Shown here one piece after another: positions 25,655 through 38,400 of a DNA stretch of 64,000 nucleotides. The position numbers were made by a program, and so were the translations under genes. The DNA comes from Magallana gigas (lineage: Eukaryota), in assembly GCF_963853765.1 (NCBI RefSeq), contig NC_088857.1, positions 54,312,001 to 54,376,000 on the forward strand, in the 5' to 3' direction. The notes under the pieces are model-generated. The model made no database searches. It saw only the letters and a list, made by a program, of their open reading frames with translations, and was not told the DNA's origin. Positions within the stretch are counted from its first letter, which is position 1, and every line of letters begins with the position of its first letter.

Positions 25655-28600
25655 GATTCCCAATAACCGTTATTTCATTGATTGGATTAGAAGAACATCA
25701 TATTAATACTTTATCATAATCCTAAACACAAATAAACCGTGGCATATTGCATAAAATTGGAGTAAAATTTTTCTGGCTCTATGCGATCTTTCTTTATGAA
25801 ATTTGTCTGTGGATAGGGACTCTAAGAAAAAATCAAAATGTGGATTCGCAAGTTGTAGACAGCTAAAAAAAATTCCAATATTAAGATGGGCAACTCTGAA
25901 ATTTTAGACCGTGGTTGGTAGCCTCTAAGACCTCATGAACGCGCGGACATGCTATGTTGCGTCATTTTGTATGCTAAAAAACTACGAATTCCTAGTGTCT
26001 TAATCAAAATGATATCTCTTACACTTAACTAGAACGTGCTCAACAGGTTTATGTGAAACAGTTAGTTTAACCATGCACTCAGAATGGCTCTAGATTGTTT
26101 GACGAGTTTAATTCATTTTCATTTAGGTTGTAGATTTGTAAAGCGTATCGTTTACTTTGACTAATTTGACTAATGTGACTAACCTCTTTGTTCAGGTTGT
26201 GTATGTGAAGCGCTGTATCTACGTCGTCAATGGCCTTCCTGACGTTACGTAACTTCTTGTGACACTTGGAGCGGAACACGAGGGACCGGACGTCAGACGG
26301 ACAGAGTCTGAGGGCCTGAAACCAGAGAAATCAAATGTCAGCTACAGATAATGATTAGTTAAACGACAGCTACAGATAATGATTAGACAAACGACAGCTC
26401 CAGATAATGATTAGACAAACGACAGCTACAGATAATGATTAGACAAATGTCAGCTACAGATAATGATTAGTCAAACGACAGCTACAGATAATGATTAGAC
26501 AAACGACAGCTCCAGATAATGATTAGACAAACGACAGCTCCAGATAATGATTAGTCAAACGACAGCTACAGATAATGATTAGTCAAACTATAGCTACAGA
26601 TAATGATTAGTCAAACGACAGCTACAGATAATGATTAGTCAAACGGCAGCTACAGATAATGATTAGTCAAACGGCAGCTACAGATAATGATTAGTCAAAC
26701 GATAGCTACAGATAATGATTAGTCAAACGGCTGCTACAGATAATGATTAGTCAAACGACAGCTCCAGATAATGATTAGACAAACGACAGCTCCAGATAAT
26801 GATTAGACAAACGATAGCTACAGATAATGATTAGTCAAACGACAGCTACAGATAATGATTAGTCAAACGACAGCTACAGATAATGATTAGACAAACGACA
26901 GCTCCAGATAATGATTAGACAAACGACAGCTCCAGATAATGATTAGTCAAACGACAGCTACAGATAATGATTAGTCAAACGATAGCTACAGATAATAATT
27001 AGTCAAAAGACAACTACAATCTAGTTATTTAACAGACATGACTGACTAGTAATCGCTCTGCTACAAATAATGCTTAGCCAAAAGACAACTACCATCTCGT
27101 TAATCAACAGACATATAACTAACTAGTGATCACACAGCTACAGATAATGATTAGTCAAAAAACAAAAGTTACAACAGTCTAGTTATTCAACCGACATGAC
27201 TGACTAGTAATCATTCTGCTACAGATAATGCTTAGTCAAAAGACAAATACAATCTAGTTATTCAAAAAAAAGACATGACTTACTAGTAATCGCTATGCTA
27301 CAGATGATGATTAGTCAAAAGACAAATACTCTCTAGTTATTCAACAGACACGACTGACTAGTAATCCCTCTGCTATAGATAATGCTTAGTCAAAAGACAA
27401 CTACCGTCTAGTTAATCAACAGACATGACTGACTAGTGATCACACAGCTACAGATAATAAATAGTAAAAAAACAAAAGTTAGGGCAGTCTAGTTAATCAA
27501 AAGACATAAAACTGAGAAGTCTTCACACAGCTATAGATAACGATAAGTCAAAAGATGGCTACAGATAGCTAGAAAAATTAAGTCAACATACTGCTATATA
27601 TAATAGATAACTAGTTAGAATTAATCAATAGACAGCTACAGTCAATTAGCTTAAATTAGTTAATAAACAGTCATAAACAACTTGCTAGAATTAGTCAACA
27701 GACAAAACAAAGAAAACTATAGTTGAATTAATTAACGTTATAGCTTTATAATTAAAAAACAGGTACAATTTACCACTGGGCTTTAAAGATACATGTATCA
27801 AGCTTAAATTAGTCAACACACAGCAACAGGTAACAAGCAATAATTTTCACCAGTTGGCTACTTATATTTTGCTTTATATAAATATTAAACAGCTAAAATT
27901 AAAGGTCGAGCGGATTAAAGTGAGCAGAGAGTAACGAATTTTATATCCATCCAAAAGTTAAAACTTAGACAGGTAACTGAACAGTTACAAATTCCCGCAT
28001 AAAGTAAGAAGGTTAAGATTTTTAGTTGAAATTAGACAAGACAGGTATATTGCTGTCAATAAATTACTAGAATTACTTTTGGAAATAAGAAAAATGGTAA
28101 TAACTAATATATAAATAAATAATACCATATTGTTCGTTTATCGAACGATAATCAAATCGTCAAAAAATGATTAAGCAATGCAAGAGTGAACACATTTAAA
28201 GTAATCAATTAATTCAAATTAACGGATGAGCCATAAATAACTTGTTTGAATTTTCAGAACAGTCAGTTTCGAGAATGAGCTTAGTTAAATATGAACAGAA
28301 GATGCCTGATTTAAATTCATTATTGAATACTCCTCATCAGATTCATTTGTTATCCAACTGGATATCTAATTGACAAAACTAAAAATCTTTATAAATTATC
28401 AATAATTTTAGAAACTTACCGACAGCAGATTTTTTAAAAGCCCACAAGAATTAACAAGAAAATAAAATGTTCAATACAATAATCACTTTCACATTCTGAT
28501 GAAAACTGTGAATATTTCAGATTTCCTAGTCCATATAGAAGTCAGACAGCTTACATCGTCCAACTGATATCAAGACTTTGCTTGGGTTGTGGAGGAGTTA

Positions 28601-29091
28601 TATAAGTTCGGCTTGTGGTCTGCACGAGTTGGTTACCAGTTTGATATTTTTTAATATACAGTGAATAATAAACACATGAATTCTCTTTGCGGGAATAACA
28701 TCAATGGAATTTTTATAAACACGGGGCCAAGTCCTCGCGCTTTTTGAATACTTCGCGCACTTAAAGAGGCGCAGTGCTTTAAACTTTGTAAATCTGTTAC
28801 AATGTGATAACAGTTCCATACACCCCTCCTATACACTATCGACCAATATCGGCCGGTGATTGGACCCTCGACAAGTCAAAGAAACATCCTGTATACAGCG
28901 AACTGTCGAGATAATGCGAGGACAAAGCCGCCAGCTGATTCAGACTGGGCGGTTGTCATTCAGGAGAGCGGGGTTTATACCCGCCACTGTCAATAGATCC
29001 TCAACGATTGACGGATAGTGAACACAAAACACCTACAGTGATTAAAGTGTTCAACATGCGACAAACACTACCCCCCCCCCCGTAATTTTAA

Positions 29092-29156
<65 letters not shown>

Positions 29157-30802
29157 AGTTTCATGCTTCACGTATTTACTCTTTAATCTTTAATATGTTT
29201 ATTTAATCCAAGAGCGCAAATAATTGATTAAGGTATTAGCTTTTGAGCAAATTAAGAATATAAGCATGCAATTTAAAAGTACATTGATCAATGCATGTCA
29301 CACTTATTCAGTATACATGTAAAACCATTTTTTAATGCTTTTTTTTCTAAATCGATCCTACTTTTATGTCAAATATATTTTTGTCTCATATTCCAGACGT
29401 CATCAAAAGATGATGCCTTTAAAAAGATCAATATAAAAGATTTCCATCGATTCAATTGATTTTAACATCCAAAGATCACTATCCCGTTTTTACTGCGTCA
29501 TCAAACACAGATAATGTCTGTAGGTGTTTCAATTTTCTTATTTTGTAGGGTATTTGGAAGAGATGGGTGCACTGGGGTACCAAATCACCAATTTTGCTGA
29601 TTTTATCATTAAAATTAATTTTAAACGGAACTGATAAAGTATTTTTACGATTTATAAATTGTCAGTAAAAGTCAATACATATTTTAAGAAACCAAATTAC
29701 GAAAATGGCAAAAGGACCTTCTGGAAGACACTACAACTTTAAAAAAAAAACCACGTGAATCTTGTTATGAATCTCTAGAACCCCATACCCCTCTAGAACC
29801 CCATACCATTAAGTATGCACCAGTTAAGCGAGACTATGGGTGGGGGTTTGTGGTGATGGTGGGGGACATAATATATCCTTCATTGGGATAACTGGATGCT
29901 GGACCTTTGAGAAACAAATGTCGTAACTCCTACTTTTGAAATATAAAATTTTGGGGATAAACGCTGTATTGTGAAAAATCTTGAGAATATTTCGTCTAAA
30001 CTTATGTCAACCGATTGGTTCTGTTGGGACATTAATTGGGTAAACAGTTACATGAAACATGGCTATCTGATGGAACAACGGGGGTGCTTCAAAGAGGTAA
30101 CCTTCTGTAAAGGCCCTTCACGGGACAGGGTAACTGCTAAACAGTTTGATGACCCAGCCGTTGTATTCAAAGAGTAACCCAATGTAACGGTCCTACACGA
30201 GGCCGCGACTTATTCTGCTGAAAAGCTTTATAGTCAAAAGGTTACCCAATGTAACGGCCCTACACTTGGCTGGGTTTACCATTACCATTACGGTACTAAC
30301 AGCTTGAAGGCCCCCTTGTATTCAAAGGGTAATCCAAAGTAACGGCCCTACACGAGGCTTGGTCTTTCCGTACTGAACTGCTTAATGGTCCCCTTGTAGT
30401 CAAAAAGGTTTCCCAATGTAACGGCCCTACACTTGGCTGGGTTTACCGTTATGGTACTAAACAGCTTGATGGCCCTATTGAAGTCAAAAGGAAACCCAAT
30501 ATAACGGCCCTACACGAGGCCGGGTCTTACAACTTGATGGACTCATTGTAGTCAGAAGGTAATCCAATGCAATGCCCCTACACGAGGCTTGGTCCTTATC
30601 GTACTGAACAGTTTGATGGCCCCTTGTAGTCAAAAGGAGACCCATTGTAATGCCCCTACACGGGGCTTGGTCTTACCGTACTGAACAGCTTGATGGCCCC
30701 TTTGTAGTCCCCGGCAGCGTACTTGATCAGTCCATCCTTCCGGTAGGAGTTGTTCAGGACTTCCGCCTTCCTCTCACGGATGTCTTTATTCCCGCTCATC
30801 AT
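16268..30802 (-). CDS. TTC25-like: Divergent TTC25/ODAD4 paralog (copy A), 11 exons (30802-30677, 26315-26184, 19072-18913, 18830-18775, 18615-18330, 18211-17684, 17615-17408, 17304-17218, 17126-16930, 16835-16767, 16431-16268), ~670 aa
   Basis: All introns GT-AG; 2013 nt open. TPR motifs ELALVFYNRGHK, LFHEIGNCF and YLGNA. Exon lengths 132, 208, 87, 197 and 69 and all phases equal those of copy B. The start codon is uncertain. Confidence 0.82.
20691..23035. mobile_element. Pair of ~345-bp inverted repeat arms (fold-back/MITE, or two opposed insertions) in TTC25-A intron 2
   Basis: 20691-21034 is the reverse complement of 22691-23035. The outer ends TGGAAG...CTTCCA are each flanked by TA. Confidence 0.7.
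25579..25650. repeat. (AG)n microsatellite. Similar AG/TC tracts at ~29095-29154, ~51134-51206 and ~55463-55514
   Basis: Directly visible. Confidence 0.95.
26339..27010. repeat. 28-bp minisatellite (CAGCTACAGATAATGATTAGTCAAACGA), ~24 copies, decaying to ~27700
   Basis: Directly visible; abuts the acceptor of TTC25-A exon 2. Confidence 0.92.
30105..30709. repeat. Degenerate ~78-bp tandem repeat (~8 units) derived from the TTC25-A exon 1/intron 1 junction
   Basis: GCCCCTACAC...CTTGATGGCCCCTTGTAGTC recurs. The terminal unit is the real exon end and donor. Confidence 0.8.
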
Positions 30803-32409
30803 CAACAGTACAAGATATGTCAGCTCCACGACTCATAGACCGCCATGCACACAAACACGAACAACTAATTCAGAATATGTTTTACTTAATAAAGAACATA
30901 TATCCCAAATCTCTTAATCCCCGTAATCCATGGGTCCAAAGAAAGTTCCGTGCTTAAATTAAATTTCTTTGTTATTAACAAGGTGAACACCGGAATTCCA
31001 CTGCACAATTTGGGCCGGATGCCTACTATGCCAATCTCTGTGGGCAATAGAACAGCTTTTATCACGCTGCATAATCTGTCTATAATGCTGTAAAGGAAAG
31101 GGTTCATACAAACGCAAAAACTTGTTACCACAGAAGGGAGCGAACACAGGGAGTAAGGTGGCGATTTGTGCAACAGTACATATCTACCACCGATAGTACT
31201 TGATTAATTCAGCCTATAGAAAATATATATTCGCATAATCATGACAATAGAAGGGGCTGGCCTGTGAGAAACATTAGCTGAGACTGACTTTATCTTGAAA
31301 ACCGTCTTTTTGTCGTTCGGTGACCAATCTCCACCCAGACGACAATCTGTTGATTAAGGTTCAAGGGTCAAATCAAATCAATGCGAATTAAATGATATGT
31401 ACCGCCATGCTCACCCGGCGTAATTAATGCTCATTCATTAAACCATTGCTATGTCCCCGTCTCTGTCATTGGACGCGCATGTTTTCCCATGCTCCGCGTG
31501 AGTAGCTCGTGCCCCGCCTAACAAATACCCCTGCTCAAGGAGCCATCACATCGCCAACGAAAATTAATTCCAACATTCCCTGACAAATACAAAGGACGTT
31601 CATGTTTGTTTATACAAAATTAATATTTTAAAGGTTTTTAAAGACATTGTTGCGTATTTATTTTTTATTTTTTTTTGCATACTTCTCGCGATTTGAAATC
31701 AACTAAAAGTACAAGTCTGGTAACAACGGAATACACAGTTGCTGCAGGCCTTTAACAATGTCAAGTGGCCGGTTTTCTGCTTTAACATACTCTAGTATTG
31801 TGGGTTTTTTTTTAACAAATCGTGCCTTTTTCTTATCTTTTGTACGTAAGTTGATTAGATTCTGTACATTATATCACATATATATTTTTGAAATTTAAAT
31901 GAAATTTAATTACCTTTTTATAATTATAAAAAAAATCAATCGTATTTGATATACTTGTAATTTTTCAAAGCCATGAATTTTGCATTTTAGTCTTGCACAT
32001 TCTAAATTAGCTACATGTATATACAACATTATAAGCTCTTTGGTTTATTTCAATTGATTTTTGAATTACAAGCTTCTACATTGTAAAACAAAATCATTTA
32101 CATATCTTACACCTGTCCGTTTGGCAGTACTGAATAAAAATAATAACAGTGTGATAACAATTGTACAATTTATTATATAATACTGATGGTCTGTCTGGCA
32201 GAAGTTGATAAATAACAATAATAATACCTAAAGATTTCACAGCTGTATAACACTAGTACATTATACCATACTTGGTGATTGTTTGGCAGTATTAATTTAC
32301 ACTAATTTAAGTTTGAGAATTAACAGTTGTACTTTCATTTGTGATCATTGACAAGTTAACAGATATCTCCGGTTGTTCAGTTCTTCACTCGTCTTTCACT
32401 CTGACCCGG

Positions 32410-35400
32410 TTACGTTGTCCCCTCCTTCTCTTGCTCTTGACTCTTGTTGACCTCATTATCTTCATCAGCTCTAAAATTAAAATTTTTTTTTTACTATCTT
32501 AATACTAAAGAGCTACACTTTTTCCTGCTATTGTACAAAGCAATAATGAAAACTAGATTTATAAATGTGTATAATTATCTGAATGATTCAAAATTTTTGC
32601 ATATAATTCCTTCGCCACTGACTTCTAACAATAAAGGGACAAAATTATTGTACAATATATAGCGTTATGAAGCACAGTAATACTTGGATTGAAAAAAGGT
32701 GGTGGATAGTTTTCCTGTCTGATATCTCTGATTAACAATGATTATCTGTTAAATGGCAGTAATCCTTACACGGTGTCCTCTTGAGCTGGGCTCCCTTCAC
32801 TCTTGTTATCCGCGGCTTTGGTTTCCGATTTGGCCTCTGATTTGGTGACTGACTTGGCGACAGACTTGGCGGACTTTGGGCTCTCTTTCTGCTCAGTGGC
32901 AGAGGCTGGTTTACTTTTGACGCTGGCGTTGTCTTTGTTGTCTTTGTTGTTGGTGGGACTGGCGGCGTTGTTGTTGTTTGACGTGTTCGTCTCACCTTCC
33001 GCGGGCTTGACTGACGTGGAGGAGCCTTTGGCTATCTTGTTGTTGACATCATCAATGGCCTTCTTGATGGCTGACTCTGCTGAAGTGTCTCCTGTAATAG
33101 GAAGTTATGACTGTGGTAAGTTTTGTCAGAACTGGTGAGTATTCAATCAAGTTCAGTATATCAAGGTATATAATCAAAGGTAACTAACTCTAACAGAGTT
33201 CATAACCACTTGGTACTGATCATCCATACCTTGTGTTCTGGCAAGGTCCAATGACAACTCAAATGAAGACAAGGCTGCACTCAGGTCTCCAAGTTTCACT
33301 GAAAACAGAAAAAAGCCATCAGAAGCCAACATGAATGATCCATGCATACCCTTTAAGTTATCGCCAGTTTAAGACTTATCATTAATCCCTTCCCTAGCTG
33401 CCTCACCAAAATACTTGGATAACTCTGAAATGCCTTTAAAACACTTGAATCTTTTGTCAAAATAATATGTAATGGAAATGTCGTGCTTTCTACATTTCAA
33501 TGAAGGAAGGTTGGTCCTTAAAAATATCTTTGGTTACTGACAGACTCACTCTCTGACTAATTAACTGTCACCACAGACTTACAATCTGTCAGGAAATTGA
33601 CAGACTTACACTGTCAACATAGATTTACACTCTAACTGGGTCACTGACAGACTTACAACCTACAAGGTCACTATCAATTCAGACTTACACTCTGACTGGG
33701 CGACTAATACTGAGGCCTGTAGAGACTTACACTCTGACTGGGCGACTAATACTGAGGCCTGTAGAGACTTACACTCTGACTGGGCGACTAATACTGAGGC
33801 CTGTAGAGACTTACACTCTGACTGGGCGACTAATACTGAGGCCTGTAGAGACTTACACTCTGACTGGGCGACTAATACTGAGGCCTGTAGAGACTTACAC
33901 TCTGACTGGGCGACTAATACTGAGGCCTGTAGAGACTTACACTCTGACTGGGCGACTAATACTGAGGCCTGTAGAGACTTACACTCTGACTGGGCAACTA
34001 ATACTGAGGCCTGTAGAGACTTACACTCTGACTGGGTGACTAATACTGAGGCCTGTAAAGACTTACACTCTGACTGGGCGACTAATACTGAGGCCTGTAG
34101 CTGCCATTGTGGTTCTCCTGCCTCCTCTGCCAGTGTCAGTGACTTCTCGCCATGCTCTTTGGCCGTTTGATATTTTCCCATCTCCAGATAACATCTGCCG
34201 ATTTCGTGATATAACCATGTGCTCTCCAGTGCAGACTTTGATAATGGTAATTTCTTTTCCCATCTAAAAGGTTAACAAAACAAAATTTAGCAAAACACAT
34301 TTTATGTTGCTGCTTGCATGCTTTGACAGCTCATTAATAATATTTTTATGGACGTTACTCACACTGTGATGGCCTGGCTGTAGTCTCCCTTCCTGGCGTA
34401 CACTCGACCCAGATTATCCAGACCTCTGGAGCACGCCTCCTCCATGTCACTGGAATAGACATCAAGTATATAGCTATCAAAACTACTCCAGCTAAACAAA
34501 CTCATATCATTGAAAAAGACAGATATAGCTATCACAAATCGTCCTGCTGACAGAAATCATATCATTGAAAAAGACAGACATAGCTATCACAAATCGTCCT
34601 GCTGACAGAAATCATATCACTGAAACAGAAAGACACTATAGCTATCACAGATAATCAAATAGCTAAGTGAAAATCATATCATTGAACAGAAATCATATCA
34701 CTGAAACAGAAAGACACTATAGCTATCACAGATAATCTAATAGCTAAGTGAAAATCATATCATTGATCAATGAAACAGACAGAAACTATAGCTATCACAG
34801 ATCATCTAATAGCTAAGTGAAAATCATATCATTGAACAGAAATCATATCAATGAAACAGAAAGACACTATAGCTATCACAGATCATCTAGNNNNNNNNNN
34901 NNNNNNNNNNNNNNNNNNNNNNNNNNNNNNNNNNNNNNNNNNNNNNNNNNNNNNNNNNNNNNNNNNNNNNNNNNNNNNNNNNNNNNNNNNNNNNNNNNNN
35001 NNNNNNNNNNNNNNNNNNNNNNNNNNNNNNNNNNTTGTAGTCTATCTGATGCTGTTCCTGCGCCTTGTCATAGCTGCCCAGTTCTAAGTATGCATTTCCT
35101 ATACAGCTGTGTAAGTTAGCAATGACTTCCATCTTGTTTGGTACGATGTCCTCCGTGAAACCATTGACGGTGTTCAGACACCGCTGTGCCCGTTTCAGAC
35201 TTTCTGAATACTTGCCTTCCACTTGAGCTGTAACAGAATATTAATTTCAAATTTTTCAATAAACATTGCACTGCTTACATGTATCTACTTTGCTTTAGTG
35301 AAATCACTTGGTAACCCATTCTAGAGAGTACCTAAGGGCACACTAAAGATGCAAGGACATCAATTTTGTTGAAAAGTCGATAAATTCCTTTAATTTTTAA

Positions 35401-38400
35401 AACATGATTACCTTGGTCTATCCTCTCGAGTTCCCTGATGATGTAGTCATTGGGTGAAAGTTTGGCGGTATTAGAGCCCTCCGACCGATTCTCTCGCTTC
35501 ATCATTTGCTTCTCGTGTTTACGCGCGTACATTGGCTTCTGTTGTCGCCAGAAATCAGTTCTTGTGTCCAGGTAGTTCAGGCCCTGGGAGACCAGCCCAG
35601 AAATTGTCTTACCCACTGGTGTGTTAGGATCTGTGCCAAATATATAAAGGTACAATAAAATCATAAAATTGTACTTTCCCCCCCGCTCTGTTCCCTAGCT
35701 AGCTATTTAATGTGTACAAAATTAAGTCAGATCATGTTTTTATGTGAATTAATTAAATTGGTTTAATTTATTACTGTAGATTACTATATTCCTTATTGTC
35801 TGTGGGTCCGTAATTCCCGATATTGTTATTTAGTATCAAATGGCAAGGATATAAATTTTTATAAGCCAAAATTCATTTACAATGGTTGAAAACTGTCAGA
35901 AAATTCTAGTGAATTTTCATGACTTTCCATGGATATTTATTCCTCACAATTAATTAGGAATCTACAGTATACAACTCCAATATATGCTTGTATTGTAAAA
36001 AAATGATGTATCTTAATGTCAATATGTTTAATATAAGGAGCTATCTAGTGCTGCCTACCTGTTTCTTTGAGTAGTTTCTCCAAGTACTGCCGGTCCCCAT
36101 ACAGTTCCCCCAGCAGCTGTTTGATTGTCTTCTCATTCCCCGCGGGTCGACTGACCTCCAGTTTTTTCTGGGTTTGCATGCCTGGGCGGCCATATGTGTT
36201 GTATGCTGGCTTCTTGATCTTTTTCTGAAATTGACACAAAGTTGGCATGCATGTTTTGTTTATTTCTGGTGGGTATTTTCTGTATTGCATGGAATAGTGG
36301 ACAATTTTACAAATGGTGCAAGAACAATATATTCTAAGGGCCATGTTCCAATGAATTTAGATGTAGAGACGGTTGTGTGTGTGTGTGTGTGTGTGTGCGT
36401 CCTTTATAGTTAACTGAACATTTGTAACGTGAATGGTTTGGAATGATAGTCCACTGATGTTTAGTCACAATGCTCCGTCCGAGATTTAAGATTTTACTTT
36501 TATCCTTACAAATGACCATCCTTGTTTGTTTCTAGGATGGTCTAAAAAAAAATAAAAATATTGATGGATAAGAATTAATATCGTTATATGCCAAAGTTTA
36601 TAAAAAAAATCCAGTTATTTCTCTTTTGAACACATTGAAAAATTAAGATGCTGGGTTTTTTTTCCACTTCTTTCTTTTAGCATTTTATCAAGTATCTTCG
36701 ACAGAAAAAACTTGTGAATGGGATAGATTTTTTTTTAGATTTAATACAAATGTATGATATGCTTAATATATTAAGTATTATTTTATAAATAAATTTATAT
36801 AAATTTAAACATATTTTGTTTTATTCATATAAAGCAAATATTTGGTATTTCTGGCAGAGTTATTGGATAATTTTTGCCTATACACATGTATGTACTATCA
36901 AAACACTAAAATTGAGTTTATGTATACTTGTATAGTGTTGCATTATGAAATTTCAAACATATCAAGTGCAAAATGACTTGGTATACTCTGATCTTTTAAA
37001 ATCTCCAAATTTTACAACCAAAATATATTAAATTCACCATACAGCAAAACAGTTAAAGCTTGCTTGATGAATATAAAAAATATACAGAATCATCATCTCA
37101 AATAAGATTTACAATGTACCTCATCTTGTTTGGCGAAGAAAGAGAGATCCCCCTCTGTGGTAAGCTTCACTTTTTCTGGGGCTACAAAATAGAGGCAGGG
37201 GAAGTGTTGCAAAAAACGTATCTATATATCGCATAGCACCCTAACTCCGTCACTACCCTAACTCCATCACTTTCGGGAAACTCCTCGCCGTTTGAAATCA
37301 AGTGCGATTATGACGTCATTTTTTGCATGTCAAAAATCTTCAATCAAATGTCAACAATTAACAACGGTTAAATTCAAGAATGTGTTCAAACATAACAAAA
37401 TTACACCCTGTTCATTTTATGCAACAATAATTGCGTGAAATCAGCTAACACCTTTTTACGGGTGCACTAAAATAACGATATTTCTGACATGCAGCCCATT
37501 TGATTATTTACTGTGGTCAGTCATTTTAAGAGAGGTCAAGATGAAACATTTCACATGTAATTTATTTTTTATTTAAGTTATTAATACATTTTTTTCAGTC
37601 CGCAATAGCGTTTATGCACTACACTGATGATAACGTCAAATCGCTCATGCCGTAATTTTTGCCTTATACAGGGTTACAGATATATACGGTATGTCGGTAT
37701 TTAGAATATGCTTCATTTATTAAAAATGTAATAAATAAATAATGTAATCATTAATATATTCATTATTGATATGATATATTTGAAACATGTAAGGACAGAT
37801 ATCAAACGACATCCATACATTCTGAAAAGGTAATTGTGATTGTTGTTACAAGGACCAATTTTTTTTATTCTGGTGATCATTTCACTTCGATGAAATGATA
37901 TACAATTTAAATTGTATACACCGATTTTACTTATTATAACTTGGCCTAAAAACAAGTTGAGTTTTAACTAAATTGTTAATGTGTCTTCATTCCCTGGCGT
38001 ATCATAGATTGGGTGATGGAGTTAGGTTCATAAGTTATGATAGCATGTGCGATAAACGTCGTATTCAGAGGGCTGATCTGAATAATAATAAAAATATTTT
38101 TGTTAATAATTTATAAATTATAACGTTTCATGTGATATTTAGTGATTGCAAATGATAAAAACTGCAAAAAATAATTTGCAGAGAAACGCGGACTGTTTTC
38201 TGCTTGTGGTGACGGAGTTTGGGTATTCGGGGATAATTAATATTTCATATTTACTAATTAATGTAGAAAAAAACATTAATTCTTTGCCCACACTCTGTAC
38301 ATACCCCCTACTGAGTTATCAATGGCCTCCTGGGCCTTCTGTATCCCAAGGCGGAACTCCTGCAGCTCTGGTCGTAATTTGTGACCTCTGTGGTAGAAAA

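Noticed and set aside
26339-34097. Regular 28-, 42- and 78-bp repeats as CRISPR arrays
   Set aside because: Head-to-tail units with no unique spacers, no cas genes, and an intronic eukaryotic context
33660-34181. 173-aa repeat ORF as an independent gene
   Set aside because: It is TTC25-B exon 9 read through the donor array
34817-35222. ORFs spanning the X run
   Set aside because: Artefacts of the N gap; only the TTC25-B exon 7 portion is real
37244-37272. CCCTAA motifs as interstitial telomere
   Set aside because: Only two 17-bp units with non-telomeric spacers; more likely a transposon end
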